Assembly (NCBI GenBank): GCA_964573395.1
Contig: CAZNJI010000003.1
Location: 15,951-79,950 of the forward strand
Origin: an uncultured Candidatus Saccharibacteria bacterium
GTDB taxonomy: Bacteria; Patescibacteriota; Minisyncoccia; Phycocordibacterales; UBA9973
DNA length: 64,000 bases
Reading direction: 5' to 3'
Shown here piece after piece: positions 55,618 through 64,000 of the stretch. The notes below the pieces were generated by a model. It was not told where the DNA came from and searched no databases. It was given only the letters and a program-made list of their open reading frames with translations. Both the position numbers and the translations under genes were made by a program. Position 1 is the first letter of the stretch. Each line of letters begins with the position of its first letter.

Positions 55618-57414
55618 CTATTCTCCCTGCCTCATTACTTTAATGAAGACTTCATGCGGAATGTTCACGCTGGCGTGCTCTCGCATCTTTTTCTTTCCTT
55701 TTTTCTGTTTTTCAAGCAGCTTCATCTTTCGGGTAATATCGCCGCCATAGAGGTACCCGGTTACGTCCTTTCGGAATGCCTTGAGCGTCCGCGAAGAAAC
55801 GATTCGACTGAGCGCCTTTGCCTGGATTTTCATCACCACCTGCTGGCGCGGAAGCAATGCTTCTAATTTATCCACAAACCGTTCAGCTTCTTCCTGAATT
55901 CTGCGGCGGGATATCACACGCGTAAATGCCGGAATCTCTTCATCTCCCACCAAAATTTCCATCTTCGTTACGTCTGCCGGGCGCATTTCGGCAATGTCAT
56001 ATGATACCGAGCCATACCCGGAAGTAAGGCTTTTCAATTCATCGAAAAAGTTCCGCATCATCTCGCGAAGCGGGATCATGCAAGAAATGGAAGAACGGTC
56101 GTGAGAGAAATTCAGCACCTCGCCCACCTCGGCTTCGTGGTCGTACAAAAACGGCATTAAGGCTCCAACTTGCGGAAGCGGCACGATAATCGAAGCTTTT
56201 ACCCACGGCTCACGAACCGAGAGCACGTCTCCGTCATTCGGGAAAAGGTGCGGAGAGTATACGGTTACGTCTTTGCCGTTTCGGAGTTTTACCTCGTACG
56301 TAATCGACGGAAGCGTAACAATCAGTTCCAAAGAAAATTCTCTGCGAAGCCGTTCGGTTAAGATTTCAAGATGCAGCATTCCCAGGAAACCAACACGATA
56401 GCCTCGGCCGAGCGCCCCGGAAACTTCTTCTTCATATGAAAACGCCGAATCGGTCAGCCGCAGCTTTCCGAGCGCAAGTTTCAAATCATCGAACTGGTCT
56501 TGGCTTTCAGGATAAATCGATGCCCAGACCACGGGGCGAGGCTGAGCATAGCCAGAGAGTGCCGGAAGCGGGTTTTTAAAGCTGGTAATCGTATCTCCAA
56601 CGGCCGCAATGCCCGGCTGCTTAATGCCGGTTACCACGTACCCGATGGTCCCCGCCTGAAGCTCATCGGTCGGAGTCGCCTCGGGCGTAAACACCCCTAC
56701 TTCCATGACCACAAACCGCTGTTTTGTCGCGGTAAAAACAAGCTCGTCTCCTTTTTTAATGCTTCCCTGAAACAGCCGAATGAAAACGCTGATTCCTTTA
56801 TGGTTTGAATAGCTAAAATCGAAAATAAGGCCCTGCGGGATTTTTCCGGCATCAGAGATTTTCGGCGGCGGAATGCGCTCGATAATTGCCTGCAGCAGTT
56901 CTGCTACCCCATCGCCCGTTCTGCCAGAAACAGCCAGCACCGAATCAGGGTCGCACGAAAGAAGCTGTGCCAATTCAAGCATTGTTTCTTCTACTCGCGC
57001 AAGCGGCGAATCGACTTTCGTAATGACAGGAATGATAATTAGCCCGGACTCCTGCGCCATGGCAAGCGTGGTGAGCGTTTGTGCCTGCACGCCCTGCGTT
57101 GCGTCTACCAACAGAAGCGATCCTTCTACCGCTTTAAGCGCCCGCGATACTTCGTACGAAAAATCGATGTGCCCCGGGGTATCAATCAAGTTCAGCGTAT
57201 GAATAGCGCCATGATGCTGGTACTGCATCCGTACCGGCTGCATTTTAATGGTAATGCCGCGTTCCCGCTCAAGCTCCATCGAATCGAGCACCTGATCCCG
57301 CATCTTGCGGGCTTCGATCGTGCCCGTTACCTCCAAGAGCCGATCTGCAAGCGTACTCTTTCCGTGATCGATGTGGGCTATGATGCTGAAGTTGCGAATA
57401 TGACTATGGTTCAT
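55618..57414 (-). CDS. lepA: Elongation factor 4 (LepA)
   Basis: IRNFSIIAHIDHGKSTLADRL G1 motif, the LepA-specific C-terminal domain. 598 aa. Confidence 0.95.
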   Translation of the reverse strand: MNHSHIRNFSIIAHIDHGKSTLADRLLEVTGTIEARKMRDQVLDSMELERERGITIKMQPVRMQYQHHGAIHTLNLIDTPGHIDFSYEVSRALKAVEGSLLLVDATQGVQAQTLTTLAMAQESGLIIIPVITKVDSPLARVEETMLELAQLLSCDPDSVLAVSGRTGDGVAELLQAIIERIPPPKISDAGKIPQGLIFDFSYSNHKGISVFIRLFQGSIKKGDELVFTATKQRFVVMEVGVFTPEATPTDELQAGTIGYVVTGIKQPGIAAVGDTITSFKNPLPALSGYAQPRPVVWASIYPESQDQFDDLKLALGKLRLTDSAFSYEEEVSGALGRGYRVGFLGMLHLEILTERLRREFSLELIVTLPSITYEVKLRNGKDVTVYSPHLFPNDGDVLSVREPWVKASIIVPLPQVGALMPFLYDHEAEVGEVLNFSHDRSSISCMIPLREMMRNFFDELKSLTSGYGSVSYDIAEMRPADVTKMEILVGDEEIPAFTRVISRRRIQEEAERFVDKLEALLPRQQVVMKIQAKALSRIVSSRTLKAFRKDVTGYLYGGDITRKMKLLEKQKKGKKKMREHASVNIPHEVFIKVMRQGE

Positions 57415-57425
57415 ACGAAGTGATA

Positions 57426-57539
57426 TTACAGGAAGATATCATGTCTCGCCCCGTCTGAAAAATTCTGTGCATTCGACAAAATTTTTTCGTTCGGGGTGTG
57501 AGCTATGATGCTGAAGTTGCGAATATGGTTAGAATCCAT
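57426..57539 (-). pseudogene. Upstream mini-ORF from a duplication of the lepA 5' end
   Basis: Encodes MDSNHIRNFSIIAHTPNEKILSNAQNFSDGARHDIFL. The first ~14 codons copy the lepA start (MNHSHIRNFSIIAH). The 27-nt CTATGATGCTGAAGTTGCGAATATG occurs at 57379 and again at 57502. Confidence 0.45.
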
Positions 57540-57654
57540 GCGATTGCGAAACTATATCATAAGAATGGTTATTTTTGAAAAACGGCCTTACAAAATATAA
57601 ATTCTTAAAAAGATTTTTAAAGAGGCTCTCGAAAAAGGTATTTCAAGCGAGCTT

Positions 57655-59346
57655 TTAAACTTCCGGCTGTTCAGGCGCAACCGGCTTCTTTTTCCAGAAG
57701 CGGGACGTAACCACTTCGACCATCGAACGAAGCTCTTCATGATCGAGAAGCCTAATGACCGCCAAGTATGCCGCCGCACCAAAAGCTCCGGCAATTGTTC
57801 CCTGCAAAAGAATGCCAACGAGCGTATCGTTTCGAACCGCATCGGCAAGCAGATTCAGAATGCCGTAGGTGATTGTGGCTCCTAGAATCGCCGCAGCGAT
57901 GATATGGAACAGAATACGTCCGAACAGTTTCGGAACTGGCAGCCTATTCCCCGTTTTATGGAATTTGAACCACAGGAGAAGCGCGTTGATAATTTGCCCG
58001 ATGGAAAACGCAAGCGGCAGCATAATGACGGCCGTTCCAGAAATGCCATCAAGACGCAGAAGCGAACTTAAGAAAAGTTCAACGCCAGGAAAACTCTGAT
58101 GGAGCCATACCAGGATTCCGGCTATCAGCGTAGTGATAAGAACGGTAATCGAATTAATCTTCAGCGGAATCTTCGTATTTCCCATCGCGTAAAATCCGCG
58201 CACTAAAAGAAGCACCATGCTCTGGGCGGTAATGGAAAGCGAAAACAGGGCAAGCGATGCCGCAACGAGGCGCGTGTCGGACCATGAGAACATTCCCGAC
58301 CCCAAGAGCACCCGGACGATTTGCGCGCGGAGCACGATAAACAGAAGCGAGAGCGGAATGGAAAAGAAGAAAATGTTTTTCGCCGCCTTATGGATGATTT
58401 CCGAGAATTCCGCAAACCGCTCTTCTTGGAAAAAGCGAGAGAGCACCGGAAACGCCGCCACGGCATACGATATTCCGATAATGTAGAACGGAGTGGTTTG
58501 GATGTTGTATGAGAAATTAAAAATGGAAATCGAACCAGCCGCAAGAAGCGACGCCAGCGACCCCATGATAAGGAGGGTTACATTTGAAAGCGCCAGCGAG
58601 AGCGTTCTTGGCAATGATACGAATACAACCTTTTTAATGAATGCCCACTGGATGCGCAGCGTGAGATGCGGCAGGGTCGCAATTTGAAGCAAGGTCGGCA
58701 GCTGGATGGCCATGTGCATGAACGCGCCGAGCACTACCCCAACCACAACGCCGGTAATGCCAAGCGATGGGCGGAAGAAAAAGAGCCCAATTAAAATAAA
58801 CGCGTTGTAAATAATCGGCGCGAGCGCAAAGACGTAGAATTTCTTTTGCACCTGCGAAAATGCGCCGAACAGATTGGAGAGCCCGAGGAAAATCGGTGAA
58901 AGGAGGAGGATCCTCGAAAGAATGACGAAAAGCTCCCGCTGGGCAGGAGTAAACCCAGGCACGACCGCAAACGAGAGCTGGTTCATGAAGAGCGCTGCCA
59001 GCCCGCAGATGAGCACCATGGCGCCCACAAAGACAGTGAAGAGGCTTTCTGAAAAATCGCGCAGATCATGCTTTGAATCTTTATGAGATCCCAGATATTT
59101 TACCAACAGCGGCAACAATGCAGTAACCGAAACCAGCGAAGCAAAGGAGTTGTACAGGAAATCAGGAATGCGGAAAGCGGCATAGTAGACATCGAGCGTT
59201 ACCGATGGGCCGTATAAGTGCGCAAGGGTTCGATCTCGAACCAACCCCAGCAGCTGCGATGCTAGGGAAAAGAGCGCCAGTAAGAGCGCTCCTTGGTTCA
59301 TTGTTTTTATTTCCCTATTGAGGAGACCGAGCAGTTTCGAAACCAT
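57655..59346 (-). CDS. murJ: Lipid II flippase MurJ (MviN family)
   Basis: 563 aa, about 14 TM, with MurJ N-terminal signature residues (LGLVRDRTLAHLYG...DVYYAAFRIPDFLYN). Confidence 0.85.
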   Translation of the reverse strand: MVSKLLGLLNREIKTMNQGALLLALFSLASQLLGLVRDRTLAHLYGPSVTLDVYYAAFRIPDFLYNSFASLVSVTALLPLLVKYLGSHKDSKHDLRDFSESLFTVFVGAMVLICGLAALFMNQLSFAVVPGFTPAQRELFVILSRILLLSPIFLGLSNLFGAFSQVQKKFYVFALAPIIYNAFILIGLFFFRPSLGITGVVVGVVLGAFMHMAIQLPTLLQIATLPHLTLRIQWAFIKKVVFVSLPRTLSLALSNVTLLIMGSLASLLAAGSISIFNFSYNIQTTPFYIIGISYAVAAFPVLSRFFQEERFAEFSEIIHKAAKNIFFFSIPLSLLFIVLRAQIVRVLLGSGMFSWSDTRLVAASLALFSLSITAQSMVLLLVRGFYAMGNTKIPLKINSITVLITTLIAGILVWLHQSFPGVELFLSSLLRLDGISGTAVIMLPLAFSIGQIINALLLWFKFHKTGNRLPVPKLFGRILFHIIAAAILGATITYGILNLLADAVRNDTLVGILLQGTIAGAFGAAAYLAVIRLLDHEELRSMVEVVTSRFWKKKPVAPEQPEV

Positions 59347-59356
59347 ACACTAGTTA

Positions 59357-61651
59357 TTACTCCTCGGGCGTCTCTTCGCTATTCGGAGCTGTTCCGTTTT
59401 GCAGCTGCCTGATTTGGGCATCAATCCCGCCGAGATTCGGGAAGCGAACCTTCAGAGACTCGAGCTCGCTGATTGCCTGAGTCCGATTTCCCTGCGCAAT
59501 CAGAATGCTGATGTAGCGCAAGTGCGCCTCTACGTTCTGCGGATTTACCGACCGAGCCCGGCCGAATGCTTCAAGCGCCGCCGCATAATTCTTCAAATTA
59601 AGCTCGAACGTTCCGAGCACAAAGAAGCCTCTGTCTGAAAACGGAAACCGAGTGGTATACGTTCTCAAAATGTCGCGCGCGGCATCCGTGTCATTTTGCG
59701 ATTGTCTAATTTGCGCCTTGATAACGTACGCATCAAGATAATCCGGTTTTAATTCGATCGCCTTATCAAGGTACCCTTCTGCGGCAGAGATATCGACCTG
59801 GCTAATGGCAAAGCTTGCAAGCGAAACTTGGCGAGACGGATTCGTCGGAGAAGATGATGCGGCCCGGTTCAGTGCATCTCGAGCGATTTGCACGGCGCCT
59901 TCGGTTTTTGCGGCAACGGCAACTTGGTACACTTCTCCCAGCGTTGCCCAGTTCAGCGAGTTTGCCCCATCGAATCGGATGGCGGCTTGCGCAGCATTTT
60001 CAGCTTGGGTGAAATACGTTTGTACGTTCACGCGATCTTCTTCGGTGGCATTTCTTACCTTATTTAAATACAGCCCCGAAAGCGTTCGCCAATAGATATC
60101 GCTCTGGGAGAACGCGAGCGCTCGAGCTGACCGCGCAATTGCCTGGTCGGGAGTCTGGGACCGAAGCGCCCGATTATACGCGGCAATTCCCAAAAATCGC
60201 GTTGAAACGAGATATGCCGCCGAGAGCGTGCCGAGCGAAGTAATTACCAACAGTAAAATGATGAAAAAACTCGAGCGCGGATCTTTTAAGTATTGGAAAC
60301 TCAAAAGCGGTGTCTTCCCCACCATAACCGATACGCCGATCAGAAGCCCGATGAGCATGAATCCAAACACGATAAGAATAATGCTTGGGTTGCCGAAGAA
60401 TAGGAACGAAGTGAAAAGCACCAGCATGAAAAGCGAGGTTACCGCAATGAATCGGCTGAAGCGATCCGGGTACTGCGAGTTAAACAATCTGAATCCGAGC
60501 AATAATACCAATACGAACGTCGCCAACAGAACAAGAACCGGCAAGATGCCGTGCGTTACCAAGAGCGTGCTCATGGTACTGTGCCCGTTTTCAAACGGCG
60601 TATTCCACAGAATAGTGTTGTTGATGCTTACCGGTTTATACAGCTCCCACTGCTCTATGAACCGAACAGGTCCGGCGCCAAAGATCGGGTTTTGTGCAAG
60701 CGCCGGGCGCGCAATCGCCATGGTAGCCGAAAAAGACGGCCTGATATCCGAAAACGACAAGCCAATGGTGCGGGATATCGATGCCCCCACTGAAGGCCCG
60801 GTTAATATGAAAAATGCCCCGATCAAAAGAGATACGAACGCAATGCCCGGGAAGCGGGTTTCGGGAATGACTGCATCTTCCGCGTTTGGATTGAGCTTGT
60901 TATGAATGGCGCGCTCGACGGAAGATTTATACACAAAAACCAAGAGCGACGAGATAACCACGAAGAGCCAGGCGGTGCTGAAGTTCAAAAATACGAGCGC
61001 AATGACGGATACGATGGCCCCAAACACGGAAAGGGTTTTGAAGATCCCTTTTGGCGCAAGCACTTCAATCATCAGAAGTGCCAAAATGAACGTGAGCGTT
61101 GCATAGTAAGCAAAATCAACCCACGTGCCAACCAGCGTTCCCTGCGTTGCCACGTGACCAAAAAGTCCGGAGAAGTCAGTTGAGTTCCGCAGAAGGAAGA
61201 AAATAATCTGCAACAGGATAACTCCGATTGAGACGAAGAATGTCGTCAGAAACAGTTTTACCAGCCTGCGCTGTTCGCGCGCGAAAATTGAAACAAGAAA
61301 GGCAAACAACACAAGAACGCCAATGGTTGCGAATGAATCAAAGTTGAAAATATTTCCCCAGAGTGAAACCCAGGTATTAGGAGAAAAAAGACTTGCAGTG
61401 AACGAGAGGAGCGCGAAGACAAAAAGCCCAAGAAGGGCGCGGTTGCGCGGAAACTGCATCGTTCCTTCGACAAACTGGCTGATAATCCAGGCAGTTACCG
61501 AAAGGAGCGTTCCGACATACAAAATGGCATATTTAATTCCGGCAAATCCGCCTATTGATGCCGGAAGAAAAATAAGAGGAAGTAAGGCAACCGTGAGCAA
61601 TAAAATGGAAAAAGAAGCGTTATAAAATCGTTTCGCAACGGGGTTGGTCAT
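59357..61651 (-). CDS. O-antigen-ligase (Wzy_C)-like polytopic membrane protein with C-terminal TPR repeats
   Basis: About 12 TM helices over ~480 aa, then a soluble TPR-like region (ALELKPDYLDAYVIKAQI...). 764 aa. Confidence 0.6.
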   Translation of the reverse strand: MTNPVAKRFYNASFSILLLTVALLPLIFLPASIGGFAGIKYAILYVGTLLSVTAWIISQFVEGTMQFPRNRALLGLFVFALLSFTASLFSPNTWVSLWGNIFNFDSFATIGVLVLFAFLVSIFAREQRRLVKLFLTTFFVSIGVILLQIIFFLLRNSTDFSGLFGHVATQGTLVGTWVDFAYYATLTFILALLMIEVLAPKGIFKTLSVFGAIVSVIALVFLNFSTAWLFVVISSLLVFVYKSSVERAIHNKLNPNAEDAVIPETRFPGIAFVSLLIGAFFILTGPSVGASISRTIGLSFSDIRPSFSATMAIARPALAQNPIFGAGPVRFIEQWELYKPVSINNTILWNTPFENGHSTMSTLLVTHGILPVLVLLATFVLVLLLGFRLFNSQYPDRFSRFIAVTSLFMLVLFTSFLFFGNPSIILIVFGFMLIGLLIGVSVMVGKTPLLSFQYLKDPRSSFFIILLLVITSLGTLSAAYLVSTRFLGIAAYNRALRSQTPDQAIARSARALAFSQSDIYWRTLSGLYLNKVRNATEEDRVNVQTYFTQAENAAQAAIRFDGANSLNWATLGEVYQVAVAAKTEGAVQIARDALNRAASSSPTNPSRQVSLASFAISQVDISAAEGYLDKAIELKPDYLDAYVIKAQIRQSQNDTDAARDILRTYTTRFPFSDRGFFVLGTFELNLKNYAAALEAFGRARSVNPQNVEAHLRYISILIAQGNRTQAISELESLKVRFPNLGGIDAQIRQLQNGTAPNSEETPEE

Positions 61652-61697
61652 AATAGGTTAGTGTAGCCGATTTAGGCTCGAATGTGAATTCCTTATC

Positions 61698-64000
61698 CTA
61701 CAGAACGATATTGACGATTCTTCCCGGAACGACGATTACTTTCTTAACCGTTTCGCCCTTTAAAAAATCTTTAATCTTCGGAAGAGCGAGTGCGGCTTTT
61801 TCCGTTTCTTCTTTTGAAGCAGTTAAAGCAATTTGAAGCTCCGCTCGAATTTTTCCGTTTACCTGCACTCCAATCGTTACCGTATCGTCTGCGGCAAGCG
61901 CGGAATCATATTTTGGCCAGGATGAAAGATGGATGCTTTTCTTTTCCCCTATCAGTTTCCATAGCTCTTCGGCAACGTGCGGCGCAAACGGCGCAAGAAG
62001 CTGGAGAAGCATCTTATATTCTTTTGAAGATACTGCTTCATCTTTCTCCCACGCATTTAAAAGAATCATCATCTGAGAAATCGCCGTATTGAATTTAAAC
62101 TCTAGAATGTCTTCGCCAACCTTTTTGATTGTTTTATGCAGAAGCGGAGTAACCTTTTTTGATTTTGAAACTTTCAGCTGCAGCCTCCATACGCGTTCAA
62201 GGAAACGGCGGATTCCGATAACTCCATTCGGATCCCACGGATAATTGATAGTTACCCCATACGGTCCCATGAACGCAAGGTACATGCGCACGGTATCGGC
62301 CCCTAGTCGCTTGACGATTTCATCAGGATCAATGACATTTCCTTTCGACTTGCTCATTTTATTACCGTCTGGCCCTAAAATAAGCCCTCTATTTCGCCGA
62401 ATTTCGTACGCCTCAGTATCCTTCACTAACTTCAAATCCTGCAATGCTTTTACCCAAAATCGAGAGTACAGAACGTGCATGGTCGTGTGCTCTGCTCCGC
62501 CCATATACAGGCTAATAGGCATCCAAGAATCCATCTTTTTCATCTCGGCAAAAGTTTTTTTATTTTTTGAATCAAGATACCGATAGAAATACCACGATGA
62601 ATCGACGAAGGTATCCATAGTCTCTACTTCAGGCTTCCATCCTTTGCCGAAAATTTTTTCAGTTCGCTTTAAAAGCTCTCTGCTTCGCGCTAGCGGCGCA
62701 GTGCCGTCAGGAGTATGATCGATGTCTTTTGGCAGAAGCCATGGCAGATGTTCATCAGGAACCGGGTGTGCAATACCGTTCGGGTCATAGACAATTGGAA
62801 TCGGCGTTCCCCAGTACCGCTGCCGGCTAATTCCCCAATCTCGGAGCCGATACGTTTTTACCATTTTTCCTTTTACTTGCGCCGTAATCGCCTGTTTATC
62901 AACCAGGGGACGGTTTACGATCGGCAATTCATACACAGTGGCAAATTCATGATCTCGTTCATCATGATGCGGGACACCCATAACCGCCCCTGTTCCATAC
63001 TGTGCCAACACATAATCAGCAATCCACACCGGTACCGTTTCGCCGTTGGCCGGATTGATTGCCGTTATACCTTGAAGCGCAACGCCTGTTTTTTTCTTTG
63101 CCTGCTGTCGGTCTAGTTCGGACTTATGTTTGGTTTCTTGAATATATTTTTTCACCTCTTCGGCATTTTGAGCAGAAGTAAGCAGTGATTCAACCAAAGG
63201 ATGCTCAGGAGCAAGGACGATATACGTAACCCCAAACAGCGTATCAGCCCTAGTGGTAAACACTGTTACTGTGTCATGAGTTGAAAGCTTAAAGACGATT
63301 TCGCTTCCTTCGCTTCTCCCAATCCAGTTTCGCTGTGATGCTTTAATTTCTTCAGGCCAATGAAGGCGATCGAGATCATCAATTAAGCGGTCAGCGTATT
63401 TGGTAATTCGAAGCATCCACTGTTCTTGATTGCGCTGTTCCACTGTACTGCCGCATCGCTCGCACTTTCCGTCTAGCACCTGCTCATTCGCAAGAATTGT
63501 TTTATCTTTCGGGCACCAATTTACCTGGGTACTATCTCGGTACACTAAATCGTTTTTGAAAAATTGATTGAACATCCACTGCGTCCAGCGGTAATAATCA
63601 GGATCGCACGAAACAACTTCTCGATTCCAATCAAAACATGCCCCCATCGAATGAAATTGCGTTCGCATTTTTTTCATTTGGGCATAGGTCCATTTTTTGG
63701 GATCGGCTCCTTGTTTAATTGCCGCATTTTCTGCCGGCAACCCAAACGCATCAAACCCCATCGGATAGAGCACGTTAAACCCTTGCATCCGCTTGAAGCG
63801 TGCAAAAATATCAGGTACCGCGAACGCGTACCAATGGCCGACATGCAGGTTTCCGGATGGATACGTAAATTCAACGAGCGTATAATAATTTTGCTTCCCC
63901 TTTACTTGGTCTTTTACTTGGTAGAGCTTTTTCTTCTCCCATTCCTTCTGCCACTTTTTCTCGATTTTCAGGTGGTCGTACTGAGCTGCCTTTTTGGCTT
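61698..64000 (-). CDS. leuS: Leucyl-tRNA synthetase, N-terminus beyond the window edge
   Basis: The reverse translation up to the window end reads ...YDHLKIEKKWQKEWEKKKLYQ...YPSGNLHVGHWYAF (HIGH region). KMSKSKGN is downstream. Confidence 0.9.
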   Translation of the reverse strand, partial: AKKAAQYDHLKIEKKWQKEWEKKKLYQVKDQVKGKQNYYTLVEFTYPSGNLHVGHWYAFAVPDIFARFKRMQGFNVLYPMGFDAFGLPAENAAIKQGADPKKWTYAQMKKMRTQFHSMGACFDWNREVVSCDPDYYRWTQWMFNQFFKNDLVYRDSTQVNWCPKDKTILANEQVLDGKCERCGSTVEQRNQEQWMLRITKYADRLIDDLDRLHWPEEIKASQRNWIGRSEGSEIVFKLSTHDTVTVFTTRADTLFGVTYIVLAPEHPLVESLLTSAQNAEEVKKYIQETKHKSELDRQQAKKKTGVALQGITAINPANGETVPVWIADYVLAQYGTGAVMGVPHHDERDHEFATVYELPIVNRPLVDKQAITAQVKGKMVKTYRLRDWGISRQRYWGTPIPIVYDPNGIAHPVPDEHLPWLLPKDIDHTPDGTAPLARSRELLKRTEKIFGKGWKPEVETMDTFVDSSWYFYRYLDSKNKKTFAEMKKMDSWMPISLYMGGAEHTTMHVLYSRFWVKALQDLKLVKDTEAYEIRRNRGLILGPDGNKMSKSKGNVIDPDEIVKRLGADTVRMYLAFMGPYGVTINYPWDPNGVIGIRRFLERVWRLQLKVSKSKKVTPLLHKTIKKVGEDILEFKFNTAISQMMILLNAWEKDEAVSSKEYKMLLQLLAPFAPHVAEELWKLIGEKKSIHLSSWPKYDSALAADDTVTIGVQVNGKIRAELQIALTASKEETEKAALALPKIKDFLKGETVKKVIVVPGRIVNIVL

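Noticed and set aside
1-64000. CRISPR arrays, rRNA genes, transposases and integrases
   Set aside because: I scanned for regularly spaced direct repeats, for rRNA-like conserved blocks, and for DDE-transposase or tyrosine-recombinase motifs among the ORFs. None were found. The only short repeats present are those reported above.

Overview
The window looks like a small, streamlined bacterial genome, possibly Patescibacteria/CPR-like. That guess rests on gene content alone: an archaeal-type class I lysyl-tRNA synthetase, short AlaRS and ValRS forms, many lineage-specific membrane-anchored hypothetical proteins, and an O-antigen-ligase/TPR protein. About 47% GC and mostly housekeeping. Read left to right it holds: a partial gap gene, gatB, obg, a MYG1-family hydrolase, a YqeY protein, an ExoX-like exonuclease and rmuC. 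Then tRNA-Glu(CTC), followed by a low-GC accessory islet of five single-gene modules on the minus strand, one of them a eukaryote-type phosphagen kinase. Then lysK, the grpE-dnaK-dnaJ operon, and a ribosomal-protein/rpoA/infA cluster (rpsI, rplM, rplQ, rpoA, rpsD, rpsK, rpsM, rpmJ, infA). Then alaS, mgtC, mnmA, mltG, rseP, frr, mreB, a PriA-like protein, rpsU, ybeY, ftsA, ftsZ and trxB. Then tRNA-Ser, and a second variable region: a MazG-like gene, a GC-rich (~57%) TrpF-like gene probably acquired horizontally, a putative structured sRNA, a CPBP protease, tRNA-Val and tRNA-Glu(TTC). Then gmk, tsaD, valS, a PrsW-family protease, Hsp20, tRNA-Phe, tRNA-Arg, a glutaredoxin, an FtsB-like protein, lepA, murJ, a Wzy/TPR membrane protein and the 3' part of leuS. 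No rRNA genes, CRISPR arrays, integrases or transposases were seen. The most interesting structure is the tRNA-Glu-linked cassette array. Its inter-gene junctions carry a conserved ~28-bp motif (GGTTCCAATTCTGACCACATTGGGTCAC). That motif resembles both the 3' end of tRNA-Glu and the sequence flanking the second tRNA-Glu copy 38 kb away.
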